Origin: an uncultured candidatus Porisulfidus sp.
Lineage (GTDB): Bacteria > Pseudomonadota > Gammaproteobacteria > Poriferisulfidales > Poriferisulfidaceae
Assembly (NCBI GenBank): GCA_965199755.1
Contig: CBDASZ010000002.1
Coordinates: forward strand, 128,001-192,000
DNA: 64,000 bases
Direction: 5' to 3'
Part shown: positions 19,020-29,697 of the stretch, in pieces
Layout of the letters: each line of letters starts with the position of its first letter
Position numbering within the stretch: the first letter of the stretch is position 1
The notes under the pieces: generated by a model
Database searches by the model: none
What the model was told of the DNA's origin: nothing
What the model saw: only the letters and a program-made list of their open reading frames with translations
Position numbers and translations under genes: made by a program

Positions 19020-20228
19020 TCAACTGTATTCGGGATTCTGCCGATAATACTCGCGAATCCCCTTATACAAGGCTTTGGCGATCTTCTTCTGATGCGCAGT
19101 GGTGCGCAGCAGTTTCTCCTCTCCAGCATTTGAAATAAATCCGGTCTCAACCAGAATCGAAGGAATATCCGGCGACTTGAGCACCGCGAACCCGGCGCGC
19201 CCGATGCGGGTGTTGTGCATGCGCACCGAAGGTTTCAGAGAGCCAATCATGGCGCGCGTCGCACGGGTGCTGTATTCATGCACTGCGCCTTGCGACATAT
19301 CCAGCATCATGTCCTGCACATACTGTTTCTGGTCAACCAGTTTGGTGCCGCCGACTAAATCCGCGGCATTCTCCCGATTCGCCAGCCAGCGCGCTTCCGC
19401 GCTGCTCTCTCCCTTGGTTGACAGCATATAGACCGAGGCCCCTCGCGCGCTGCGTCGGCGCGCCGCATCCGCATGCACCGAGATGAAGAAATTGGATGCC
19501 TTGCTGCGCGCCATGCGGGTGCGCTCATGCAGGCGCAAATAAATATCCCGATTGCGGGTCATATACGGCGTGATGCCCGGATCGGCTTTCAACATGCCGT
19601 ACAGATAACGCGAGATCTTCAGCACCACGTCTTTTTCGTAGGTGCCTTTGCGCCCCACCGCACCTGGATCCTTGCCGCCATGTCCGGGGTCAATCATGAC
19701 CACGCGACGTTTCGCTGCGGCACGCTGAAAAGCTTGGGCGCTCCGCTGCGGCGACGATTGCGCAGGCTTTTTCGCCGGTGGGAGGAATCCTGCCGGCATG
19801 GTGAAATCGATCACAATGCGATCACGCACCCCGTCGGGAGAGGACCACTGGCGCAGGCGATCTTTCGCGCCGGGCAGGCGGCGCAAATCCAGAACCAGCC
19901 GCAACTTGCCGTTCTTGTCCAGGTGCCTGCGTACTTTTTTGACAACGCCGTCCTGGGGAAATTTCAGCTTGTCCACTGCTACGGCTTTGCGCACGTCGCT
20001 GATGTCGATATACAACCGCGGCGGGTTTTTCAAACTGCCGTGCCGCACTAGCTTCACCTTCCGGCTGAACTCAAACACCACACGCTGGCGGGACTCATCA
20101 AGACCTTGGCGAACATCCACCAGAAACCGGCGCGCCAGTGCCGGTGCTGGCAACAGCCAAGGTAGAAAAGCCAAAAGGCGCAAAAATTTACGACGTGTCA
20201 ACACAACAAGACCGGGGGCCAAAAACAA
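19020..20228 (-). CDS. amiC: N-acetylmuramoyl-L-alanine amidase (AMIN + Amidase_3), Tat signal
   Basis: TRRKFL, IDPGHGGKDPGA, FISVHAD, PSILVETGFISN. Follows tsaE. Confidence 0.9.
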   Translation of the reverse strand: MFLAPGLVVLTRRKFLRLLAFLPWLLPAPALARRFLVDVRQGLDESRQRVVFEFSRKVKLVRHGSLKNPPRLYIDISDVRKAVAVDKLKFPQDGVVKKVRRHLDKNGKLRLVLDLRRLPGAKDRLRQWSSPDGVRDRIVIDFTMPAGFLPPAKKPAQSSPQRSAQAFQRAAAKRRVVMIDPGHGGKDPGAVGRKGTYEKDVVLKISRYLYGMLKADPGITPYMTRNRDIYLRLHERTRMARSKASNFFISVHADAARRRSARGASVYMLSTKGESSAEARWLANRENAADLVGGTKLVDQKQYVQDMMLDMSQGAVHEYSTRATRAMIGSLKPSVRMHNTRIGRAGFAVLKSPDIPSILVETGFISNAGEEKLLRTTAHQKKIAKALYKGIREYYRQNPEYS

Positions 20229-20274
20229 CGGTCGAAAGTACCTGTAATTTTACTCCTGCACAACACCATCGCAC

Positions 20275-20757
20275 CTAACCTGCGAGCACGGTGGATTTCT
20301 GCGCCAGCACCCGCGCCAGCAACTGCTCACCGCACACGCTGCGAGCCTCCAGTTCTCCGCCCCGGCGCTCCCCGGTTCCTTCTGCCACAAGCCGCAACAC
20401 CAGGTCCGCGCGCGCCAGCAATTCGGGACAGCGCTCCGGCCATTCAATCAGCACCAGCGCCTGACCATCGAAGTGCTCGCGCAGCCCCAGTGCCTCAAAC
20501 TCCGCCTCATCCTGCATCCGGTACAGATCCACGTGATACACCGTGTGCGCATGGGTACGGTACGGCTCCACTAGCGTATACGTCGGACTCGGCACCACGC
20601 CTTCATGGCCCAACGCGCGCAGCAACGCGCGCACCCAGGTAGTCTTGCCCGCACCAAGCGGTCCGCACAGAGCCACTACGCACGGCGCATCCAGCGCCTG
20701 CGCAACCACTGCCGCCAAATGCCCGGTGTCGGCTTCAGAAGCCAGCGTGAATTTCAT
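20275..20757 (-). CDS. tsaE: tRNA t6A biosynthesis ATPase
   Basis: GPLGAGKTT, SPTYTLVEPY, HVDLYR, IEWPE. Confidence 0.96.
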   Translation of the reverse strand: MKFTLASEADTGHLAAVVAQALDAPCVVALCGPLGAGKTTWVRALLRALGHEGVVPSPTYTLVEPYRTHAHTVYHVDLYRMQDEAEFEALGLREHFDGQALVLIEWPERCPELLARADLVLRLVAEGTGERRGGELEARSVCGEQLLARVLAQKSTVLAG

Positions 20758-20759
20758 GC

Positions 20760-22214
20760 TCAGCCAAGCCGCGCGCGCATACAGTCCAGCAGATCGCCCG
20801 CGATCATGCCACGCTCTCCGTCACGACCCGCGTCCTCCGCCGCCACCCCATGCAAACTTATCGCCACACGTGCAGCTTGCGAGGGATTCAGGCCCTGCCC
20901 CAGCAGTGAGGCGATCATGCCAGTCAGAATGTCACCCATGCCGGCCGTCGCCATCCCCGGATGTCCGTACGTGCACACTCCCACCGGCCCTGCGCCATCA
21001 TCAATCAGAGTGCCACAACCCTTGAGCACTACCGTGCCGCCATAACGCTGCTGCAGGGCGCGCACGGCGGCGAAACGATCCTGCTGCACTTCCCGACTGG
21101 TGATCTGCAACAGCTCCGCAGCTTCACCGGGGTGCGGGGTCAACACCCAGTCCTCTCGCTGTACCGGCTCCACCGCCAGCAGGCGCAGTGCATCCGCATC
21201 CAGCACCAGCGGGTGCGCGCCTTCCATGACTGCGGATAACATCTCACCGGCCCACGCATCCCGGCCCATCCCCGGCCCGACCGCCAAAACATCGTCAGGC
21301 TGCAATAATTCGCGCAACTCGCGGCGTCCCGTGACGATATGACGCATGATTTCAGGCCACCCCGAAGGCGCTTGTGCGGGTCCGGCGTGAGACACACGCC
21401 CGCTGCCACAGCGTAGCGCTGCGCGTGCGCACAGTTCGGCCGCTCCGGCAAATCCCGGAGTGCCACCAATCACCCAGACATGCCCGTGTTCCCCCTTGTG
21501 CGTATTGAGCCGACGCTGCGGCAGTTGCTCAAGCAACATCTCCCACTGCAGGCATTCGGCCAAAGTGTCAGCGGGGAAGGGCACGGTCTCTTCGCCCACA
21601 CTGAGCGCGTCAAAATGCCGCACTCCCGCGTAGTCCGGGCCATCCCCGGTATACAGTCCGCGCTTGCGCGTAATAAAACTCACCGTATGATCCGCGCGTA
21701 CTGCCACCTCACTGACACCGCCCGTATCCGCCATCAGTCCGGACGGCACATCCACTGCGATCACCACGCCCGATGAGGCGTTCATACGCTCAACCGCCGC
21801 CGCCCAGTCGCCTTCTAGTGCCCGTGACGCACCTGTACCCAGCAAGGCATCCACCACAATGTCTTCCTCAATCTCGCCGGACGCCTCAAAGGCCTCCATA
21901 CGCACCCCGGAAAGTTGCGCCTTCTCATATGCCGCGCGGGCTTCTCCATTCAGTGCTTCGCCAGGTTTCAACTGCACGATGCGCACGTCTTTGCCGGCCG
22001 CATGAAGCAGGCTGGCTAACAGATAACCGTCCCCGGCATTGTTGCCGGCACCGGTGAAGACGATCGCACTCTTGGCTTGCGGGATTTCATGTTGGATCAC
22101 CGCGAACAGCGCCTCCGCGGCGCGTGTCATCAACTCAAACCCACTGGTGCCAGCATCAATCACCTGCTGATCCAGAGCGCGAGACTGCTCCGAGTTGAGC
22201 AACAAGCCGCTCAT
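20760..22214 (-). CDS. nnr: Bifunctional NAD(P)H-hydrate epimerase/dehydratase
   Basis: GNNAGDG, VDALLGTG, DVPSG, HKG, LDADAL, TPHPGEA, AGMGDILTG. Confidence 0.95.
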   Translation of the reverse strand: MSGLLLNSEQSRALDQQVIDAGTSGFELMTRAAEALFAVIQHEIPQAKSAIVFTGAGNNAGDGYLLASLLHAAGKDVRIVQLKPGEALNGEARAAYEKAQLSGVRMEAFEASGEIEEDIVVDALLGTGASRALEGDWAAAVERMNASSGVVIAVDVPSGLMADTGGVSEVAVRADHTVSFITRKRGLYTGDGPDYAGVRHFDALSVGEETVPFPADTLAECLQWEMLLEQLPQRRLNTHKGEHGHVWVIGGTPGFAGAAELCARAALRCGSGRVSHAGPAQAPSGWPEIMRHIVTGRRELRELLQPDDVLAVGPGMGRDAWAGEMLSAVMEGAHPLVLDADALRLLAVEPVQREDWVLTPHPGEAAELLQITSREVQQDRFAAVRALQQRYGGTVVLKGCGTLIDDGAGPVGVCTYGHPGMATAGMGDILTGMIASLLGQGLNPSQAARVAISLHGVAAEDAGRDGERGMIAGDLLDCMRARLG

Positions 22215-23743
22215 GGCGCTCCCCATCCGCCGCCACCCGGCGTCTCGATGCACAGTCGATCTCCCGCATTCACGGTGCGCTGGCATTTACCAGGCAAGGT
22301 CTCACCGTTGAGTGTGTTGCGCCCCACGGATCCCGCCTGTCCTCCGTCCGCGCCATTCGGCGCGTGTCGCCGACGTTCCGACAGCACGCTGAACTGCGCC
22401 GGTTGCAAGAACTCAAATTCCCGAATCAGGCCATCGCCTCCGGAGTAAGTGCCCGCCCCGCCCGAACCTCGCCGCAGCGCATAGCGGTGCACACGCAACG
22501 GATAGGCTTGCTCCAGCACCTCCACTGGCGTATTGCGCGTGTTGGTCATGTGCGCCTGACGCGCCGACAGTCCTGATCCCGCGGCATGCGCGCCCATGCC
22601 GCCGGCCAGAGTTTCGTAGTAGGCCCAGGACTGTGCGCCACCAGCACCCGCCGCCACGTTGTTCATCGTCCCCTGACTGTCCGCGGGCAAGAGTTGGGGC
22701 TGCGCCTTGTGCAGCGCGCGAAGCATCAGATCCACCACGCGCATGGAGGTCTCGACATTTCCGGCCGCCACCGCCGCGGGCGCACGTGCATTGAGTACAC
22801 AGCCTTTCGGGGCACACAGTCGAAGCGCCTCGAAACTGCCGGCGCACGCCGGCGTATAGGTTGGCATCAAACAGCGGAAAGCGTAATACACGGCAGCCGC
22901 CGTGACCGACAGCGGACAGTTGATCGGGCCTTCCACTTGCGCGTCAGTGCCCTCGAAATCGACCTCAATCTGCCCCTCTCGCACCGCAACGCGCACCTGC
23001 AGGCGAATGTCCTCATGCCCAAGTCCGTCATCCTCCATCCATTCGCAGGCTTCGTAGATGCCATCAGGAATGGCGCGCAATGCCGTATGCGCCAGACGTC
23101 GTCCGTAAGCATTCAATTCTTCCAGCGCCGGCTCCCAGTGCGTGATGCCTAATTCTCCAATGCGCTCCATCAGACGTGCGCAGCCGCGGTCATTGACATG
23201 CAATTGCGCCAGAAGATCCCCGCGGGTGTCGCGCGGGGTGCGGGTCGCGCTGACAATCTCATCCAGACGCGCCTGATCCAGTTGACCGCCGCGACAGATG
23301 AGTTGCGGGGGCAGAATCAGACCTTCCTCTTCCAGTCTGCGAGACATTGGCATGGAGCCCGGTGTGTCTGCGCCAATATCCGCATGATGTGCCCGATTGA
23401 CGGCGAAGCCGTACAAATTCCCGTCCAGAAAACACGGCGTGATTACCGTGACGTCCGGCAAGTGAGTACCGCCCATGTAGGGGTCGTTGAGCAGCGCGGC
23501 GTCACCCGGCTGCCACTCAAAATAGTCCGCCAGATCGCGCATGGCGTAGGCCATACTGCCGAGATGCACCGGAATGTGCGCGGCCTGCGCGATTAAGCGA
23601 CCCTTGCGATCAAAGATCGCACAGGAGAAATCCAGACGATCTCGAATGTTGGGCGAAAACGCGCAACAACGCAGCAATGCGCCCATCTCCGCGCACAGCG
23701 CTTCCATGCGGTTCGCAAATACGGCCAGTGCTACGGGATCCAT
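22211..23743 (-). CDS. Hydantoinase B / 5-oxoprolinase B subunit
   Basis: [51 protein letters not shown]. Confidence 0.93.
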   Translation of the reverse strand: MDPVALAVFANRMEALCAEMGALLRCCAFSPNIRDRLDFSCAIFDRKGRLIAQAAHIPVHLGSMAYAMRDLADYFEWQPGDAALLNDPYMGGTHLPDVTVITPCFLDGNLYGFAVNRAHHADIGADTPGSMPMSRRLEEEGLILPPQLICRGGQLDQARLDEIVSATRTPRDTRGDLLAQLHVNDRGCARLMERIGELGITHWEPALEELNAYGRRLAHTALRAIPDGIYEACEWMEDDGLGHEDIRLQVRVAVREGQIEVDFEGTDAQVEGPINCPLSVTAAAVYYAFRCLMPTYTPACAGSFEALRLCAPKGCVLNARAPAAVAAGNVETSMRVVDLMLRALHKAQPQLLPADSQGTMNNVAAGAGGAQSWAYYETLAGGMGAHAAGSGLSARQAHMTNTRNTPVEVLEQAYPLRVHRYALRRGSGGAGTYSGGDGLIREFEFLQPAQFSVLSERRRHAPNGADGGQAGSVGRNTLNGETLPGKCQRTVNAGDRLCIETPGGGGWGAP

Positions 23744-23932
23744 AAATCTGCTGAAATGGCTCGACGACACTCCTGTCGTATGGGGGAATGATCAAAGATC
23801 GGCTTTAATCGTCGCGCTTTTGCGCCATTATGCTATATGATTGAGCAATAATACGAAAATTTTGTTAAATATTACGCTTATTTGTGGTATTATTGACGCC
23901 TTATTTAGCACCTGCCACATTGCCCTAAATTA

Positions 23933-24973
23933 ATGCTTTCAAAAATCCTGAAAATGTTCAGTGACGACATGTCAGTCGATCTGGGCACTGCCAATACACT
24001 GATCTATATCCCCGGCCAGGGAATGGTCCTCAATGAGCCTTCAGTGGTTGCTCTCAGGGCCTTGGCCGACAAGAACGACAAGAGCAGGATTCTGGCCGTC
24101 GGCAAGCAAGCCAAGACGATGCTTGGGCGCACCTCCAACAAGATTCAGGTGATCCGCCCGCTCAAAGACGGCGTGGTGGCGGATTTCACCGCCGCCGGAG
24201 CGATGTTGCAGGATTTTATCCGCAGAGCCACCCGACAGCACTACTTTTCGATGGGACCGCGGGTGCTGGTGTGCGTACCGTTTGGTGCCACGGAGGTAGA
24301 GCGCAAGGCAATCAAAAATTCGGCGGAAAGCGCCGGTGCGCGGAAAGTTTATCTGGCCGAGGAGCCTCTCCTCGCCGCGCTGGGCGCAGGACTGCCCATC
24401 AAGGACTCTGGCGGTCAGTTTCTGCTTGATATTGGCGGTGGCACATCCGAAATGGCGGTTTTGACATTCGGCGATATTGTGGTGGCGGAATCCTTACGCG
24501 TGGGCGGCGATCATTTCAACAACAGCATCATCGAATACGTGAGACACGAACATAATCTGCAAATCGGCGAAGCCTCTGCGGAAAATCTCAAGCACACTAT
24601 TGGCACCGCCTATCCCGCCAGCGACCCTCAGGAAATGCAAGTTCGCGGGCGCAATCGTCAGGACGGCACGCCGCACGAGACGATGCTGGCCCGTAGCGAC
24701 ATGTATCACGCGCTGGAGGACTCGCTGAAGAAAATAGCAAGCGGAATCAAGAGTGTGCTGGAGAAGACCTCCCCGGATTTGATCTCGGACATTCAGACAA
24801 ACGGCATTACGGTCACGGGTGGCGGCGCTCTGCTGCACGGCATCGACAAGTACTTGAAGGGCGAAATTCATATCCCGGTCCACCTTGCGGAAGATCCGCT
24901 GGGATGCGTCGCACGCGGTGGCCTGATCATGCTGGAAAACGAGGAGCTCTACGATCAGGACCACCTGACGTAA
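23933..24973 (+). CDS. mreB: Rod shape-determining actin homologue (divergent)
   Basis: DLGTANT, NEPSVVA, RPLKDGVVADF, DIGGGT, TGGGALL. Upstream of mreC/mreD. Confidence 0.93.
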   Translation: MLSKILKMFSDDMSVDLGTANTLIYIPGQGMVLNEPSVVALRALADKNDKSRILAVGKQAKTMLGRTSNKIQVIRPLKDGVVADFTAAGAMLQDFIRRATRQHYFSMGPRVLVCVPFGATEVERKAIKNSAESAGARKVYLAEEPLLAALGAGLPIKDSGGQFLLDIGGGTSEMAVLTFGDIVVAESLRVGGDHFNNSIIEYVRHEHNLQIGEASAENLKHTIGTAYPASDPQEMQVRGRNRQDGTPHETMLARSDMYHALEDSLKKIASGIKSVLEKTSPDLISDIQTNGITVTGGGALLHGIDKYLKGEIHIPVHLAEDPLGCVARGGLIMLENEELYDQDHLT

Positions 24974-25006
24974 CCCACGACCACCCGCCTGACTCTCCTT
25001 GGCGGT

Positions 25007-25861
25007 ATGCTCGTTTCCCCCCGCCCCTTCCACGACCCGCGCTTCCGTTTCTGGATCAGCCTGCTGCTCGCCAGCATTCTGATGAGCGCGGATCACTACT
25101 ACGCGCTGTCGCAAAAACTCTATGTGATCATCGGCCTGCCAGCCCAAAGCATCATCAGCGTCGCGAACACGGCACAAGAACTCATTGAGTCTGTCGAGCA
25201 CTATTTCGTTACTCTGGAGCAACTGACATCCGATAACGAATCCTTGAACCGCGAACTACTGCAAGCCCGCCATCGACTGCAGGAAATGCAACAGTTGCAG
25301 GAAGAAAATCTGCGCCTGCGCCAAGTGACGAACATGGACATCCTGCAGCGTGTGCAACAGGCCATGGTCGCGCAAATCACGCACGTCAGCCTGGCTCCAT
25401 TTGAGCAGCATGTGACCATCGACCGCGGCAGCGAGGAAGATCTGTTTGTCGGTCAGCCAGTGCTGGATACCTATGGCATCGTTGGTCAGGTCTCCAAGGT
25501 TGGACGGCATCAGTCCACAGTGTTGCTGATTACGGATGTCCGGCACGCCATGTCTCTGCGCAATGCTCGCACCGGAGACGTCTATCTGGCCGAAGGCGAC
25601 AGCCATCATTTGAAACTGCGCTACGTGCCGCTGCGCGACAACATTAAAGAAGGCGATGTGATGCTGAGTTCCGGGCTGGATGAGGTCTATCCGGGCGATT
25701 ATCTGGTCGGCAAGATCGCCCGCTTGAGCCTGTTGCCTAGTCAGGATTTTCTGGAAGCCATCATTGAAGTCGGTTCGCAAGTCCACCGCAATCGGGAATT
25801 GCTGCTGGTCTGGCCGCTCGCCGCGGCAGCAGACGACGACGCAGACGAAGACACTCCATGA
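25007..25861 (+). CDS. mreC: Rod shape-determining protein MreC
   Basis: N-terminal TM helix, coiled coil ..ENLRLR, IDRGS, GIVGQV, SSGLDEVYP. Confidence 0.93.
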   Translation: MLVSPRPFHDPRFRFWISLLLASILMSADHYYALSQKLYVIIGLPAQSIISVANTAQELIESVEHYFVTLEQLTSDNESLNRELLQARHRLQEMQQLQEENLRLRQVTNMDILQRVQQAMVAQITHVSLAPFEQHVTIDRGSEEDLFVGQPVLDTYGIVGQVSKVGRHQSTVLLITDVRHAMSLRNARTGDVYLAEGDSHHLKLRYVPLRDNIKEGDVMLSSGLDEVYPGDYLVGKIARLSLLPSQDFLEAIIEVGSQVHRNRELLLVWPLAAAADDDADEDTP

Positions 25862-26352
25862 ACATGCTGCATCTTCGGCTGTACATTTATCTGAGCCTGC
25901 TCATCGCGCTAGTACTGTCGGTGTGGCCGCTGCCGCAGTGGCTGGCACCCTGGTGGCCGCAATGGCTGGCCATGGTGGTGGTGTTCTGGGCGATTCAACG
26001 ACCTAAAGAATTTGGCTACACCGCGGTCTGGGTCACCGGGCTGTTGAGTGATGTCGTGTTTGGCAGCCTGATGGGAACGCATGTACTCGGCTTCAGCATC
26101 ATCCTGTTTTTGTGCCGGCGTTTCGCCCGCGTGCTACGTTTCTCCAACCTGTTATGGCAAATTGCCCCAGCAGCGCTGCTGATGGCAGGCTATCTACTCT
26201 ACATTCAGGTGGTGGTCATTGCGCTCACCGGCGGCGACTGGATGCTGGAACTCTGGTTGGGCCTGTTGGCCAGTGTGGTGCTGTGGCCGCTTCTGCACCA
26301 GTGGCTGACGTCGCTGGAGCGCCGCAGCGGATTCGAACCTCCCGACTCTTAA
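25858..26352 (+). CDS. mreD: Rod shape-determining protein MreD
   Basis: Hydrophobic; PQWLAMVVVFW, GLLSDVVFGSLMG. ATGA overlap with mreC. Confidence 0.9.
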   Translation: MNMLHLRLYIYLSLLIALVLSVWPLPQWLAPWWPQWLAMVVVFWAIQRPKEFGYTAVWVTGLLSDVVFGSLMGTHVLGFSIILFLCRRFARVLRFSNLLWQIAPAALLMAGYLLYIQVVVIALTGGDWMLELWLGLLASVVLWPLLHQWLTSLERRSGFEPPDS

Positions 26353-26407
26353 GTTTTCCCTGAACCCACAGACCCTGCGGGTGTGCTGAAAGCACTCCTT
26401 TATCCGG

Positions 26408-27046
26408 TCAGGGATTCGCCTGAAGCCACGTCTCCACCGCACGTAACTGCAACGACGGCCCCAGCGGCTGCAATTGCTGCCGCGCTTGCAGGAAGGCTGC
26501 ACGCGCCAGAGTTTGCTCTCCCATCAGCACGTAGACATTGCCCAACTCACCCGACAGATCCGGATGATCCGGCCAGCGCTGCTGCAACACCAGATACGCC
26601 GCCTCGGCACCGGCCAGATCGCGCAAGCGCAATAGGCGACGCGCCTGTCCCCAGTCCGCGAACAGAACATCAAGGTCTTGTTGTGGTGCCGCAGAGGGCT
26701 GCGGCGTGTCAGGGATCGGTTCAGGGTCTGGTTCCGGTGACATTACGGGTTCCGTTTCTTGTACGGCTGCATCAGGATTCTCATCCAGAGGCATCTCTTC
26801 ATCTGTCAACGGTGCTTCTTCAGGTTCCGGCTCCGCCGGTGTCTCTTCCTGAGGGACGTCATCCGCCAGCTCCTCAGGCTCCGGCACTGCTTCCTGTTCC
26901 GATGTGAACAGAGGTTCCGTATGCAGGCTTGGCCACCAGCGCATATCCGGGGTCAGGCGCCATGCCAGCACGAACACCAGCACCACGGTAGTCAGAATAA
27001 GCAGATGGCTGGCCCAGCGAGACTTCTGCTCCATGGTGTGCGACAA
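26408..27046 (-). CDS. Hypothetical membrane-anchored protein with acidic Pro/Glu linker and TPR-like C-terminus
   Basis: One N-terminal TM helix, low-complexity EP-rich linker, AEAAY..PDHPDLSGELGNVY..GE...ARAAF. Confidence 0.65.
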   Translation of the reverse strand: MSHTMEQKSRWASHLLILTTVVLVFVLAWRLTPDMRWWPSLHTEPLFTSEQEAVPEPEELADDVPQEETPAEPEPEEAPLTDEEMPLDENPDAAVQETEPVMSPEPDPEPIPDTPQPSAAPQQDLDVLFADWGQARRLLRLRDLAGAEAAYLVLQQRWPDHPDLSGELGNVYVLMGEQTLARAAFLQARQQLQPLGPSLQLRAVETWLQANP

Positions 27047-27048
27047 TA

Positions 27049-27294
27049 TCAGGGTCGCGGCATCGGCGGCGGCCGCATACGCACTAAGGGATACACGTAA
27101 GGCATATCCGCAAACACCTCTGGCGGCGGCACGATTCGGTCGTGCGATGCGGCCTCTTCCATAGCAGGCGTGCCCTCAACCAGTTCTTCCGTAGGTTGCT
27201 CGGCAGCGGAGGTCCCCTGCGCATTAACCGTCAGCGACAACGAGAGTGTCAGAGAAAACAGTAAAGTACTGAAAATAAATTGTTTTGCTTGCAT
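27049..27294 (-). CDS. Small secreted Pro-rich hypothetical protein
   Basis: Signal peptide MQAKQFIFSTLLFSLTLSLSLTVNA. Ends 2 bp before the next ORF. Confidence 0.55.
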   Translation of the reverse strand: MQAKQFIFSTLLFSLTLSLSLTVNAQGTSAAEQPTEELVEGTPAMEEAASHDRIVPPPEVFADMPYVYPLVRMRPPPMPRP

Positions 27295-27345
27295 TGTCCA
27301 AAAACTCGGTCTGCGCTCCATCCTGCCCGCCATTATACTGTCCCC

Positions 27346-28443
27346 ATGAGCTCACTTGAACAATCCGGTGAAGCGTGGATTGATCGTCAGGACTCACTCA
27401 AAAAATTCCTGAATGCTATCGCCGATGCCCAGTGGTTGGTACTGGACACCGAATTCATGCGGATTCGGAGTTACTACCCACAACTGTGCGTCATTCAGTT
27501 GTCGGACGGCAAAAACTTCGGCCTGATCGACACCCGCGCGGATCTGGACCTGCAACCGCTGATCGCGCGTCTGCGAGAACCGCGCCCGCTTGCCCTGCAC
27601 GCCTGCCTGCAGGATATGGAGGCGCTGCACCATGACTTTGATCTGATCCCGCCACAAGTCTTTGACACGCAGATTGCGTGGAGTTTTCTGGGACAAGATT
27701 TTCAGATGGGCTATTCCGCTGTGGTGGAACAGCAACTCGGCGTGACGCTGGACAAGTCGCAAGTGCGCAGCCGTTGGGATCGCCGCCCGCTCAGTCCGGC
27801 GCAATTGCAGTACGCCTTGTCTGACGTCCTCTACCTCGCGCCACTCTACGAAATCCTGCGCGACAAACTGGAGGCACGCGGACGAACGGACTGGCTGCGC
27901 GATGAAATGCAGCGCATTCTGGTGCCGCAGACCTGGACCGTGGACCCCGATGAAGTCTGGCGGCGTGTACGCGGCGGCCAGCGACTCAATAGCGCGCAAA
28001 AGGGCCGCCTGCGCATACTGGCGGCATGTCGCGAACATATCGCACGCAAATCTGATCGGGTGCGCATATACGTGGTTAAGGATGATTTACTGCTGGCTCT
28101 GGCAAAAAATCCCGGTATGAAACGCAAGGAATTTGATCAACTGGTACCGCCGAGGTTTCAGCGAGGTCTGTGGCGCGCCATGCAAAAGGCGAAAGAGGCT
28201 TCTCCGACACCGAAAGGTTCTGGTATGGGCCGAGAGGAACGCCGTGACCTGGCGCACCGAGTTCAGGTTTTAGCAAAACTTGTACGCAAGGTTGCGGCGG
28301 ATCTGAAAATCGCACCGGAACTACTGGCTAGCCGCACCATGATTGAAGAAATGATTTTCAAGCGGGGGGACGCGACCGTGATGCAGGGCTGGCGTCGTGA
28401 TTGCGTCGGCGATACCTTGCTCGGGGCCCTCGATGAACTCTAA
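27346..28443 (+). CDS. rnd: Ribonuclease D
   Basis: LDTEF, YYPQLCVIQL, HACLQD, FDTQIA, YALSDV, HRDC region, GWRR. Confidence 0.95.
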   Translation: MSSLEQSGEAWIDRQDSLKKFLNAIADAQWLVLDTEFMRIRSYYPQLCVIQLSDGKNFGLIDTRADLDLQPLIARLREPRPLALHACLQDMEALHHDFDLIPPQVFDTQIAWSFLGQDFQMGYSAVVEQQLGVTLDKSQVRSRWDRRPLSPAQLQYALSDVLYLAPLYEILRDKLEARGRTDWLRDEMQRILVPQTWTVDPDEVWRRVRGGQRLNSAQKGRLRILAACREHIARKSDRVRIYVVKDDLLLALAKNPGMKRKEFDQLVPPRFQRGLWRAMQKAKEASPTPKGSGMGREERRDLAHRVQVLAKLVRKVAADLKIAPELLASRTMIEEMIFKRGDATVMQGWRRDCVGDTLLGALDEL

Positions 28444-28888
28444 CGACTATCCTTGCAACTTGCTGGACCAAGTTTGCGAACTGGCCGCCGAGCGTGACGT
28501 GCTGCTGGTCGCGGATACACCAGCCAGTTCTCTGCCGGAATGGATTGGCATGACGGTATCAAGCGACGCAATACTGCAAGAGACCACGCCGCGAGACGCT
28601 TTGGGTCTGGTGCTGAGTCCGTGGGTGGAGGCGGATCAACTGGATGCGGTCATCGCGCGCCTGCGTGATTTGCTGGTGCGGGAGTTCTGTGTCTTGCATC
28701 CTGGAGATGAGACTGAACAGGCAAAACACATGGGAGCGCTCGGCCTGCACTGCATGCAGATGACGCACTTCGCCGAACAGCCCTGGGGACTGAATCACTT
28801 TGACTTGCGTCAGTACAAAAAGACGCCCGGCTGGCTCAATAGCCGCTATTGGGCCAACCCTCAATTATGGAATCGCTTTCGCTGGTGA
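28433..28888 (+). CDS. Conserved hypothetical protein (DUF6231-like)
   Basis: IARLRDL..FDLRQYKKTPGWLNSRYWANPQLWNRFRW C-terminal signature. Family name recalled, unverified. Confidence 0.65.
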   Translation: MNSNDYPCNLLDQVCELAAERDVLLVADTPASSLPEWIGMTVSSDAILQETTPRDALGLVLSPWVEADQLDAVIARLRDLLVREFCVLHPGDETEQAKHMGALGLHCMQMTHFAEQPWGLNHFDLRQYKKTPGWLNSRYWANPQLWNRFRW

Positions 28889-28892
28889 GGGC

Positions 28893-29645
28893 TCAACCCT
28901 GGTCGTGCGGATCGCACAGCGCCTTGCTTTCCGACGGCGCATTGTCCGGGCACAGCCCGCAATGCTCATTGCCCGGCACGGCGAACGCCATCTTCTTCGG
29001 ATGCGGAAACTCCAAACTGTCCATTAAGGCTACGAAGTCCTCTTCGGACTGACCTTCATGCAGGCGCGGATTGCGGGCTTTCTCCTGCGCCACCGTGGAG
29101 ACGAAGCGTCCCTCATAGTCATGCGCCGGATACACCAGTGTGTCATCGGGGAGCGTGTAGAATTTCTCATGGATCGAGCGATACAGCGTGGCCGCGTCAC
29201 CCGACTGAAAATCAGTGCGCCCACAAGCATCAATCAAAAGCGCATCACCACTAAACAGCCAGTCCGCAGAGCCGCCGTGGAATAAATAGGCGTGATGCGT
29301 GTCGGTGTGGCCCGGCGTAAACAGCGGGTGGACCTCCAGCGTCCCCAGTCGCAGCGCCTCGCCTTCGCGCACGCCGATGTCGCGGCATGGCAGGTTGTCC
29401 AGCGCCGGCCCCGCAATCTTGCAGTCGGTGAGCGCACGCAACTTGTGCGCGCCGCTTAAGTGGTCGGCATGAATGTGCGTATCGAGCACGCAGGTCAGTT
29501 TGCGTCCCATCGCCTGCAGTACTTCCAGATCGCGCTCGACGGTCTCCAGCACCGGATCAATCAGCAAAGTCTCGGCGCTTTGCTCGCAACCGAGCAGATA
29601 GGTGTAACTGCTGGATTCGGTCTCGAAAAGTTGGCGGAAAATCAT
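28893..29645 (-). CDS. Persulfide dioxygenase (ETHE1/Sdo-like MBL-fold)
   Basis: IFRQLFE..SSSYTYLL, THIHADH, TPGHT, GDALLIDACGRTDFQ, YPAHDY. Confidence 0.9.
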   Translation of the reverse strand: MIFRQLFETESSSYTYLLGCEQSAETLLIDPVLETVERDLEVLQAMGRKLTCVLDTHIHADHLSGAHKLRALTDCKIAGPALDNLPCRDIGVREGEALRLGTLEVHPLFTPGHTDTHHAYLFHGGSADWLFSGDALLIDACGRTDFQSGDAATLYRSIHEKFYTLPDDTLVYPAHDYEGRFVSTVAQEKARNPRLHEGQSEEDFVALMDSLEFPHPKKMAFAVPGNEHCGLCPDNAPSESKALCDPHDQG

Positions 29646-29697
29646 GGCGGCTACGTGCGCGCAGGGAATTTATGATAGCAAAGTGGCGGGTTTGCAG

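Noticed and set aside
28893-29645. Persulfide dioxygenase as part of the sulfur island
   Set aside because: Separated from it by the tRNA cluster and has host-like GC; proximity is probably coincidental.
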